Source: Basidiobolus meristosporus CBS 931.73 | Lineage: Eukaryota; Fungi; Basidiobolomycota | Assembly (NCBI GenBank): GCA_002104905.1 | Contig: MCFE01000200.1 | Coordinates: 1-64,000 of the forward strand | Direction: 5' to 3' | DNA: 64,000 nt | Part shown: positions 1-9,713 of the stretch, in pieces | Position numbering within the stretch: the first letter of the stretch is position 1 | Layout: every line of letters starts with the position of its first letter | Position numbers and translations under genes: made by a program | The notes under the pieces: model-generated | The model's database searches: none | Told to the model about the DNA's origin: nothing | What the model saw: only the letters and a program-made list of their open reading frames with translations

Positions 1-549
1 GAGCTCCGATGGTGCTGCATGCTGAAAGCATTAGCACCGTTAATGATCCCTTCCTTCGGCTTCCACAACGTGCCTCTCGGAATTATTGGCTGTCACTTTG
101 TATGTTTGGTATTCATGCGAGTCCACAGATTCTTACGAGTCAACAGATGTAGGCATCCATGCGAGTCGATAGATGTGCGGATTCATTCCTGGTATCATAG
201 TGAGTCGACGAATGTGTTCACTCATTCTTAGTATGAATGCAAATCAATAGGTAGGTTTGGGGTTTCACTCCTTATTTGCTGCACCAACGCTTTGCTCTCT
301 TGCAAGCCATTATCCTCAAATTTCACACAAATGCCCCTTGGCCAACCCTAACCCTGTGGCAAATATCCCTTAATAATATGACGTAGTGTTAATATGCCAA
401 CTCTATACCGAAGCTTTGGGTATAATTACGAATGTGAATGACGCTGGTAGGATATTCAAAAACAATCGACTCAGAAGCACGCTCTGGGAAGTTAGGGGAG
501 TGTAGAACTTGTGGGAGATTTGCTCGTTGGCAGAACCTCTTCATCCTGA

Positions 550-567
550 CCCTAACCCTAACCCTAA
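550..567 (+). repeat. Interstitial telomere-type repeat (CCCTAA)3; a second (AACCCT)2 at 344-355
   Basis: Direct read: ccctaaccctaaccctaa at 550-567 and aaccctaaccct at 344-355. Confidence 0.8.
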
Positions 568-994
568 TCCTGATGACCTCTAAATATACGATAATTCTCA
601 GCCAATAGTCGAGATATTTCCCGAACTTCCATATTTGGCCCAGCCTCCTATCATAATGTTGCCATACATTACAATCCTTAGGACATATAAGCATCCGTCA
701 GGCTGGTAGAACTATTCCAATAGCAGTAACATGATGTTAGGTCAGGCATATGCTGATTAGAGTTCAACCGTCTTGAAAGTCCCATTGTCCCCGTCGTGGT
801 TAAAGTGGGAAGAGCAGTGCCAAGTAACAAGGCAGAAGAACAAATCTGCTCCGCAAGGGCGAAACCCTCTTAGCAACGCTAATGTGCAGATCGTAAAACA
901 ACATGGTCGGTGTGTAACCGTCAATCAGAGTGTTTGACATGCAGAGATAATCCACTTCATTCAGGGCGATCAGTTACTCTAACCGTCAACAGTC

Positions 995-1150
995 TTATCT
1001 GTACGGAAAGGATGAAGAATCTCGCCACACTTCATTATCTGTGCGGAAAGGATGAGATATTACGGAAAGTGCACGGTCAACAGTCTTTGTTATCTGCGCG
1101 GAAAGGATAAGGAACCCCAGCGCTCTCTATTATCAGAGCGGAAAGAATGA
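995..1150 (+). repeat. Four copies of a 21-bp motif TTATCWGNRCGGAAAGRATRA
   Basis: Copies start at 995, 1035, 1090 and 1130 (spacing 40/55/40). Each contains TTATC (GATAA on the minus strand) and CGGAAA. Confidence 0.8.
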
Positions 1151-2704
1151 AAGACATATAAGGAATCTTCTGAAAAGAACTAAATTGAGAAGATATGGAG
1201 GTTGTGATAAAATGATATCTAGCACCATCCAGATTACAATCCCACGAGATAACAATCCCAAATCTATGCATTGTTCCAGTTGGGTTGACGACACTATATC
1301 GGTTCAGCTGTGTCAAGTATCAGAATACTAAAATAATGTGCTACTATAATTGTACTAGCTAACCATTTTTTTCAAGCTGGTGGATATATTTGGCAACTGT
1401 ATCATTTTCTTCTATCCAGCCCTCCCCAGATTCTGCTCCATCGCCTCTTAGTACGCATGAATGGGGACGAAGGGGGGATAAAGCAGGGGAGACGCTAGCT
1501 CCCACGCTACCAACCCTTTTTGATGGGTGGGACAAGGCCGCGTTCATCCTAAAACCTTCTTTGCATTTACTAAAGAGGCCGTTCCTTGCTTTCACAGCTC
1601 TTCCTCGCACTAGCTTCAATGATTATCAACCCACTGCAGGCGGATTTGACATGAACTCAACGGTTACTCAGTCTGATCAATAGCTTGCTGCTGTCCTCAG
1701 CGTAACAAACCAAATATTCATGTATGATATAGAGATATAGATACCGATATATATATATATATGGCCTTTGGGTGGGAAAACTCGGGAGTTACCATATTTA
1801 GGAAGCCACACTTCCGTCACGAATGGGACTGTAGAATGTACAACTTGGAAGCAGTAATTGGCCGTAGAGATCCATACCATCATTGTAATGCATTGACGAT
1901 TGTTAGAGAGTGTGGGTGATGGCGATATCATGAAAATGTCTCCTACATGCAAGGCGCACCTACCAGAAGCCCAGCTTGTTTTCTTAGAGAGACCACCAAT
2001 GGGAGACCGCGAAGTCTGGCCTCTGAGGACCGTTACCCTCTGGCTGGTAGCTTGCTGCGACTCGTGCGCATTTCCTTAACGGGTGGATGGAATTTCCAGT
2101 AATTGGTAGTCAATCAAGAATGTGATCGGAAAATGATCGATTAATGAAGGGACGTCACATGGAGTAGCGTACATCCTTGAGACTGTCGCCTAATCGGAAG
2201 CAGTGTTATGTAACCGATTAACTTTTTCACCTCACATCATTGCATCATCGTATGAGAGTGACCCGAGCAAAGGACGAAAATAACACATAAACAAGTATTC
2301 CGATCAGGCCGATAAGGGGCCATCAGTGGGTATTTGGGGTAGCAATTGGGTAAGACTTCGAAAAAACTCCAACTACCAAATAGGACCACTTCCAACTATG
2401 GTATTGGTGATATGAATCAGCATGTATGTACGACATGTTGTATACAATGCCAATCATACTGATTGCATATGACCCAATGGTGAAGGGAGGAAGGGTTCTA
2501 CGATTCTAAAAGCACCGTGAATGAGGCGAATGAAGCGAATAAAATACGCTCCGCATAATTAGCGAATTGAAAGTCACAGGCGTGGACCGATTCATCTAAT
2601 CTCAACTGCAACATCTGGTGATAGTCACGGCATTCAGAATTAGGCGGAACGGTTACTCATGTTTCTTTTTTTCATTCAGTACCTGAGGTGCACCGCAAAT
2701 GATC

Positions 2705-2734
2705 GAAAAAATTTCACCCACCAAAACCTATAAA
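2705..2734 (+). promoter_or_regulatory. RRPE-like element (GAAAAAATTTCA) and TATA box upstream of eEF3
   Basis: gaaaaaatttca at 2705-2716 and TATAAA at 2729-2734, about 100 bp before the ATG. An RRPE is typical of fungal translation and ribosome-biogenesis genes. Confidence 0.5.
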
Positions 2735-2833
2735 TCCCCGAGGACTGCACCCTTGAGACTTATCTCTCTTTTCTCCTGAATTCGAGAGCAACGCTCCTAC
2801 TCCCTTGTCATCTTATTTCGAAATCACACTACC

Positions 2834-5800
2834 ATGCTCCATTTGAACCACGAGATTTCTGAAGTCCCTGCTGGTGCTCATTACAAGTGTGAGAAGCCAT
2901 GCGATGATGAGACTTGTTCGGCCAAGGTCAACTCTGCCGACAAGGAGAGAGCCGCCGCGCTGCTTAAGAAGTTAGCTGAATGCGAGACTTCCGAGAAGTT
3001 GAGCGAAGTTGCTGATGAGATTGCTTCCTTTGTGGAGCACGTTGGTGTTGCCCCCGCTGTCAACACCTTCGGAATGATCGAGATGTTGAAGACCGCAGCC
3101 CAAAACAAGAAATCCGCCACTGATCGTGAGGGATCCCTCTTGGTTTACGCTGCTTTGGCCAAGAAACTCGGTCACACCATCGAACCTTACCTCATTTCCG
3201 AATTGCCCATCATTTTGGGCGGGTACTCCGATGGCAAGTCTGCCGCTGTCCGTCAGGCTGCCAAGGTTGCCGGTTCTGCTTTAATGGCTCTTCCCTGTGA
3301 ACACGCCGTTCCTGCTTTGTTACCCGTTCTTTTCGATGCCCTCCAAAATGGTAAATGGCAAACCAAGTTAGGCAGTTTGTCTTTGATCAGCGACCTTGCT
3401 CGCAACTCTGCCCAACAAGTCCGCGCTTGCCTTCCTGACATCGTTCCTTGCGTTTCTGAAATCATGTGGGATACCAAGCCTGAAGTTCAGGCTGCCGCTA
3501 AGGTTACTATGCGCGATGCTTTCGGTGTCGTTGGCAACCCAGATATCGAACCTTCTTTGGATTCATTGATCGGTTGTATCGCTGCTCCCGAGAATGTTCC
3601 CGAGTGTGTTCACCAACTTGCTGCCACCACCTTCGTCACCCAAGTTGAGGCACCTGCCCTTGCCATCATGACCCCCCTCCTCACCCGTGGTTTGGCCGAG
3701 CGCTCCCCTGTCATTCAGCGTCAAACCGCTGTCATCATTGACAACATGTGCAAATTGGTCGAAAACCCCGCCGATGCTGCCCAATTCTTGCCCAAGCTCC
3801 TTCCCGGTCTTGACCGTATCATTGAGATTGGTGCCAACCCTGAGTTGCGTAGCGTCGCCGAGCGTGCCCGTGGCACTCTTGTTCGTGTCGGAGGTGCCAA
3901 CGCCGAGGCTGCCGCCCCAGTCTTCGAGACTGTGTCCACCGCTGAGGTTTTGGAGGTCTTGAAGGCCGAGATCACCAAGGTTTCCAATGTTGAGGTCCCT
4001 GCCGTCGCCCTCAACTACATTGCTACCATGTGCGCTGGTCTCGTCAACCGTCGTACCTTTGAATTGGTTGATTGGGACATGTGCGTCGTTCCCTACCTCG
4101 CTCCTTTCATCCTCCAAAAGAATGCCGACGCCGCTTGCGCCGGTATCTTGAAGTTCTACCAAGAATGGGATGAGAAGCGTGCCAAGGAAGCTGCTGCTGC
4201 TGCCGAAGACGAGGAGGGTGAAGAGCTCTGCGACTGCGAGTTCTCCCTCGCCTATGGTGGTATGATTTTGTTGAACAACACTAGACTTAAGTTGCGTCGT
4301 GGTCAACGTTACGGTCTCTGCGGTCCTAACGGTGTGGGTAAGTCCACCCTTATGAGAGCCATTGCCGAGGGCAAACTCAACGGTTTCCCCTCCCCTGATG
4401 AGCTCAAGACCGTTTTCGTTGAGCACAACCTTCAAGCTGAAGAGGCTGAACTTGGCGTTCGTGAATTCATCGCCAAGGACAAGAGCCTTTCCCATGTATC
4501 CGAGGAGGAAATCAGAACCATGCTCTTGAGCGTCGGTTTCACCGAGGATATGCAACTCCAAGCCGTCTCCTCCCTCTCCGGTGGTTGGAAGATGAAGTTG
4601 GAGTTGGCCCGTGCCATGTTGATGCAAGCTGATATTTTGCTTCTTGATGAACCTACCAATCACTTGGATGTTGCCAATGTTGCTTGGTTGGAGAACTACC
4701 TCAACAGCCTTTCCAACGTCACCAGTATCCTCGTTTCCCACGACTCTGGTTTCTTGGACAACGTCTGTACTGGTATCATCCACTACGAGAGCCGTAAGTT
4801 GAAGAACTACAAGGGTAACCTCTCCAAGTTTGTTGAGCAATACCCCGAGGCCAAGGCTTACTACGAACTTGCCAGTGCCACCCACAAGTTCACCCTTCCC
4901 ACTCCCGGTATCTTGGATGGTGTCAAGTCCAAGGGTAAGGCTATCTTGAAGATGACCAACATCGGATACACCTACCCCGGAGCCAGCAAGGTTGCTCTCC
5001 ACAATATCTCCGTCCAATGCTCCTTGAGCTCCCGTGTTGCCGTCCTCGGTCCCAACGGTGCTGGTAAGTCCACCATGATCAAGGTCCTTACTGGCGAGAT
5101 CGTTCCCGACTGCGGTGAAATCAAGAAGCATCCCAACCTTCGTGTCGCCTACGTTGCCCAGCACGCCTTCCACCACATTGAAAACCATCTCGACAAAACT
5201 CCCAACGAGTACATCCGCTGGCGTTACCAAAGCGGTGAGGATCGCGAGTCTCTTGCCAAGGCTAGCAACCAAATCACCGAAGAGGAGCAGAAGCAAATGG
5301 ACACCGTTGTCGTTTGGGATGGTGAGAAGTTGAAGGTTGAAGGATTGTACGGTCGTCGCAAGGCTGGCCGTTCTTCTGAATACGAAGTCCAATGGGTTGG
5401 CAAGCCCTATGAGAACAACGCCTGGGTCCCTCGCGAAGATTTGGAGAAGTGGGGCTTCAAGAAGATGTTGGATGCCTACGATGCCAAGGAAGCCGCCCTT
5501 GCCGGTGCCTGGACCAGACAATTGACCGCCAAGGAGGTTGAGAAGCACCTTGGTGATCTTGGTTTGGATGCCGAATTCGCCACTCATAACCGTATCCGCG
5601 GTTTGTCCGGTGGTCAGAAGGTCAAGGTCGTCATCGCCGCTGCTATGTGGCTCAACCCTCATTTGCTTGTTCTTGACGAACCTACCAATTACTTGGATCG
5701 TGACTCTCTTGGTGCCCTCGCTGAGGCCATTAAGGAGTACGAGGGTGGTGTTGTGATGATTTCCCATCACACCGAATTCACCTCCAGCCTCTGTACTGAG

Positions 5801-6037
5801 ACCTGGAAGGTAGATGCCGGTACTGTCACTCTTGAGGGTAACGACTACTCCACCAACGCTGGTGAGAAGATTGAAGCCCGCCAAGAGGCCGAGACCAAGG
5901 TCGACGCCTTCGGTAACGTCTCCAAGGTTGTCTCCAAGAAGAAGCTTAGCCGTAAGGAACTCAAGCAAAAGCAGAAGAGAAGAGCCCAAAGAATCGCTAA
6001 CGGCGAGGAGGTCTCCAGTGATGAAGACGAGATCTAA
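2834..6037 (+). CDS. YEF3: Fungal translation elongation factor 3 (eEF3), intronless, 1067 aa
   Basis: HEAT-repeat N-terminus. ABC1 has GPNGVGKST, LSGGWKM and LLDEPTNHLD. ABC2 has GPNGAGKST, LSGGQK and LDEPTNYLD, with the chromodomain-like insert (EYEVQWVG...NAWVPREDL). The basic/acidic tail is KKKLSRKELK...EEVSSDEDEI. Strong codon bias. Confidence 0.96.
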   Translation: MLHLNHEISEVPAGAHYKCEKPCDDETCSAKVNSADKERAAALLKKLAECETSEKLSEVADEIASFVEHVGVAPAVNTFGMIEMLKTAAQNKKSATDREGSLLVYAALAKKLGHTIEPYLISELPIILGGYSDGKSAAVRQAAKVAGSALMALPCEHAVPALLPVLFDALQNGKWQTKLGSLSLISDLARNSAQQVRACLPDIVPCVSEIMWDTKPEVQAAAKVTMRDAFGVVGNPDIEPSLDSLIGCIAAPENVPECVHQLAATTFVTQVEAPALAIMTPLLTRGLAERSPVIQRQTAVIIDNMCKLVENPADAAQFLPKLLPGLDRIIEIGANPELRSVAERARGTLVRVGGANAEAAAPVFETVSTAEVLEVLKAEITKVSNVEVPAVALNYIATMCAGLVNRRTFELVDWDMCVVPYLAPFILQKNADAACAGILKFYQEWDEKRAKEAAAAAEDEEGEELCDCEFSLAYGGMILLNNTRLKLRRGQRYGLCGPNGVGKSTLMRAIAEGKLNGFPSPDELKTVFVEHNLQAEEAELGVREFIAKDKSLSHVSEEEIRTMLLSVGFTEDMQLQAVSSLSGGWKMKLELARAMLMQADILLLDEPTNHLDVANVAWLENYLNSLSNVTSILVSHDSGFLDNVCTGIIHYESRKLKNYKGNLSKFVEQYPEAKAYYELASATHKFTLPTPGILDGVKSKGKAILKMTNIGYTYPGASKVALHNISVQCSLSSRVAVLGPNGAGKSTMIKVLTGEIVPDCGEIKKHPNLRVAYVAQHAFHHIENHLDKTPNEYIRWRYQSGEDRESLAKASNQITEEEQKQMDTVVVWDGEKLKVEGLYGRRKAGRSSEYEVQWVGKPYENNAWVPREDLEKWGFKKMLDAYDAKEAALAGAWTRQLTAKEVEKHLGDLGLDAEFATHNRIRGLSGGQKVKVVIAAAMWLNPHLLVLDEPTNYLDRDSLGALAEAIKEYEGGVVMISHHTEFTSSLCTETWKVDAGTVTLEGNDYSTNAGEKIEARQEAETKVDAFGNVSKVVSKKKLSRKELKQKQKRRAQRIANGEEVSSDEDEI

Positions 6038-6435
6038 TCGCGATACTTCACTGATAGCTTCCACTCTTAGACTCCCACCAATCTATCACTTGTTATATTA
6101 TCATACGCGCTGTCCATATCCATTAATTTCCTCGAATCTGCATGGAAAGCACTTGAATAAATTGCTCTTTTCAGACTTGAAACTATTCCTATCAATCGAT
6201 TCCTCGGCAATGTCCACTTAAAAACGGGTATTCATGGGATTTTTTTCCCGTCAATCCTAGACCATCATTATACTGGATTTTACTAGCCGAGCCAAATTTA
6301 GGGTTACCATGAAGAAAAAGGTAAGGGTGATTCAGGGCACGGGTCAACCAACTTGGGGTCAATTTCTATGTGGATATGAGAGGGAAGGTGGGTTTCAAGG
6401 GTTAAGTGCAGTTACAGTTACGGTGCGGATCAATT

Positions 6436-7413
6436 ATGGGCTCAGACAAATCACGTTCCCCACCACGCAACCGGAGAGAGGGGAAATCCAGGGAAGAATA
6501 CCGCCGAAGATCTCCTTCTCCACGAGGTTCGCGTAGGGGAAGACGAGAACGCTCCTACTCTCCACGAAGATCTTCCCGGTCCCCACGACGTTCCTCTAGA
6601 TCCCCGAGAAGGGAGCCAAGACCGCCCCGCAGGGGTCAGCCGGCGGAGACGGTGAAGGAGAGTGAACTGCAGTGGGGCGGAAAAGCGCTGGCCGAGGAAG
6701 AAGCCGCGGCCGCCGCGCAGAAGAAGCTCGAGGAGGAGGCGGAGAAGGACAAGGAGAAGCCGAACTTCGGCCTATCCGGAAAACTGGCCGCCGAAACGAA
6801 CACCTACAACGGGGTGGTGGTGAAGTACAACGAACCCCCCGAGGCGAGGAACCCCACCAAGAAATGGAGACTCTACGTGTTCAAGGGGAAAGAGCAGATC
6901 GGTAAGCTTGACTGGCGGCGTTCGAAATCCCCTCCCCCTTGGAACTCACCAGGCCTATTTTCTTCTTAGACTTGTTGCATATCCACAGACAGAGCGCGTA
7001 CCTCGTAGGCCGGGACCGAAAGGTAAGCATCCTTCCCAAGCCCGTCTATTCACCCAACCCCACCAACCAACCACTCGCCTAACCCCTCAAGATCGCCGAT
7101 ATCCCGGTCGACCACCCCTCCTGCTCCAAACAGCACGCAGCCTTCCAATTCCGTCAGGTGGTGGAGAAGAACGAGGTGGGGGAGATCAAACGTACCGTCA
7201 AGTAAGTGAACTTTCGCTGGCTTCCGCCGCCGCTTTATTAACCGAGCCCCTTCCCTCCATAGGCCGTACATCATCGACCTCGAGGCCACCAACGGTACCT
7301 TCGTGAACGGAGAGAGAATCCCACCAACCAGGTACTACGAGTTGAAAGTATCCGACGTGATCAAATTCGGGTCCAGCACGCGGGAATACGTGCTGCTCCA
7401 CGAGAATCTTTAG
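6436..7413 (+). CDS. SNIP1: SNIP1/Pml1-type FHA-domain splicing (RES complex) protein, 4 exons (6436-6901, 6970-7022, 7092-7201, 7263-7413)
   Basis: RS-rich N-terminus; KPNFGLSGKLAAETN, KYNEPPEAR, WRLYVFKG; FHA motifs YLVGRDRK, DHPSCSKQHA, PYIIDLEATNGTFVN. All three GT-AG introns restore the frame. Confidence 0.92.
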
Positions 7414-7635
7414 TGGAACGAAAAGCCCCCTGGGGAGAGGGGTGAATGCGAAAGTGGTGCCAGTACGAGCACAAGCACAAGCACGAGCACGAGCACCAGC
7501 GCAAAGTGGATGCAAACGAAATTTCATTCAAATTAAGTACAATTTATACAGCAAAATGGCCATCTCACATCGTCCCGTCGTAGGGAGGGGATTGAGCATT
7601 ACAAGATTATAGAGAAGTGAAGTGGGCCTAAAGGT

Positions 7636-8810
7636 TCAAAATAAATTCAGTGTTCCGCTATACTCGTTGAACATCATCCCCTTCCGGGATTGTTGCGTCG
7701 ATTGGTAAACTGGTGGCGGTGGTAGGGCGTGTGCTGGCTGTAGAGGGGCGGCGGTGGCCTGGTAGCCTGGCATGCTCAGCGGGTTTGCATACGAGTGGTG
7801 GCTCTGGTGATAAGGAGGTGGGTGTGGCTGGATAGAGGGTTGGCTGGTAGGTGGTGGGTGTGGTTGGTAGTTTCCTGTAGGTGTATGTGTAGAAATAGAC
7901 GTATTCGGCGGCTGAGAATGATGTTGGACCGGGTGTGATGTGGCCAATGAGTTTCGATGGGGGACAGAGCTAGCTGAATGCAAGTAATGGTCAGCCAGGT
8001 GAGGTGTGCTACTGCTTCGAGGGTATCCAGTGGCCAAGCGCTCAGCGGGCATGTAGTGAGGGTTTCCGTAGGTAGGCCTCATGTGAGGATGAGCGTAACT
8101 AGATTGATCGTGTAACAGCTGAGTGTAGGGTCTGACTGGATACCCGACCTGCTCCACGTTTGTCGGGGCTCCACCACCGGCTTTGTTGCGCTCCAAGTCG
8201 GCCATCAACCTTCTGTTCTCGGCCTGAATCTCCTACGGTCGGGGCGTACGGGGTTAATACACAATGAAACAAACAAACAAACAAACGAGCCTTCCTTCGC
8301 AACAACCTTTATGTAATCCGCGGCCAAGCGTAAGATGCTCCCCTTGTTGAGTTTGGCGCTGACGGCAGCCTCGTGAGGGATGAGCTGGGAGATTTCCAGA
8401 ATCGTATGGTTGATGTTGTCTCTACGCTTGCGCTCCACGTGGTTGTGGTTTTCTCTACGTCTCTTCAGACGCTCCATGACCGTCTTGCTATCTAGGCTCT
8501 TTCGGTTGAGGATGTTCACCCCGTTGACCTTGTATGTGGTGGCCTTCTTGGGCTTCGGCTTTTTGGTGGTGTTCTGAGGGTTCAGATCGGCGTTGAAGTT
8601 CAGGAACATGGGTCTCTCGGGGGTCTTCTCCTCGAGAGACTCCTCCTTCTCCTCCTTTATGTCTTCTTCCAAATCCCCATCTAAGAAATCCTCCTCTTCC
8701 TCCTCCTCCTCCTCCTCTTCCTCGTCGAAGAGCAAATTGTCGCGGGAGGCGGAGTTGGTAGGGGAGTAGTAGGGTTCCGCCTGTTCTTCACAGGCGTTGA
8801 GTGGTGGCAT
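7636..8810 (-). CDS. Class-B bHLH(-zip) transcription factor (Cbf1/Rtg3/USF/MITF-like), 2 exons (8810-8307, 8232-7636)
   Basis: Basic region RENHNHVERKRRDNIN with the H/E/R residues that read CACGTG; helix 2 KLNKGSILRLAADYIK. The 74-nt intron joins in frame to EIQAENRRL; Pro/His/Gln-rich tail. Confidence 0.87.
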
Positions 8811-9713
8811 CACAGACGATACGCGGGGTGGTTGGTTGTTAGGTTGGGAAAAGAGGAGGGAGGACGGTTCGGCTTGGCGAAAGCGGGAAAGTGCAGTGGG
8901 TCAGGAGAGCTACTGGAATAGAATCATCCATCACACCACCCGAACTAAACAAATTTAAACGACCCACCGTAGCTGATCAATCTGGGCCAATAATCACGAG
9001 CGATCCTCCAGGATCCAGATAGGACGATTCTTTTTTTCTATCGCGAGCCCAAGCGGTGCTCGTCAATTGGACGACCCATTGGTCGAGTGCGATTGGGCCC
9101 TACGATCAATTCAGTCTGCCATGTCCGGATTTGGCGAAATGAGCCGTGAAACTCAACCCGTGCCATGTATCCCACCAACTTTTCCCACAATCACATGGAT
9201 TCCTCACTAACTATACTTTCGTGCTGGTTGGCTTCGCGAGGTGGTGAGACAGCTTGCTAATCTGGTGGCAGGATCTCGTGAGAGGGATGGTTGAGGGGAT
9301 GGGGGCCGACCGCTTCCCTGGTAATACGGGACTTACGTCGTTCCAGTCGGAGTGGAACGGGAGTAGAGCGAGTTGGACGCCAGATTTTGGCAGTCACTCA
9401 GCGTCGAGGCGGATCATATTAGACACTGATTTATTTTTACGCACACTCGGTGGTGGGCTTGACTTCCAAAAGAAAACGCATCTACTCTTATGCCAGAGGC
9501 GAAGAAACATACCAAAAGAGACATCTTCCCAGGGAACAGCAAGGGAAAGCGAAGCAAAGAGCATCCGTGCGATGAGGATAAATAATCATTTCTGCCCCGT
9601 GAGCTGCCTATCTTCTCCCGCTACAAATGAATACGCGATGGTCCTTGAACAATAATTATTTGACATGGTGCTTTGGGGGATTGGCTGGAGGGGGCTGGGG
9701 GTTGTTGGCCGCT

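Noticed and set aside
995-1150. CRISPR-like appearance of the 21-bp repeat array
   Set aside because: Eukaryotic context, no cas genes, degenerate repeats and unequal short spacers.
1619-1676. Possible C/D-box snoRNA (ATGATTA ... CTGA)
   Set aside because: Only about 58 nt, imperfect C box, no terminal stem, no recognisable rRNA guide.
389-1952. Short ORFs upstream of eEF3 (389-694, 1390-1683, 1677-1952 and others)
   Set aside because: No homology cues or codon bias; IRVRVRVR simply reflects the telomere-type repeat.
3563-6064. 833-aa antisense ORF overlapping eEF3
   Set aside because: It is the mirror frame of a strongly codon-biased gene, which rarely has stops on the antisense strand; no domain motifs.
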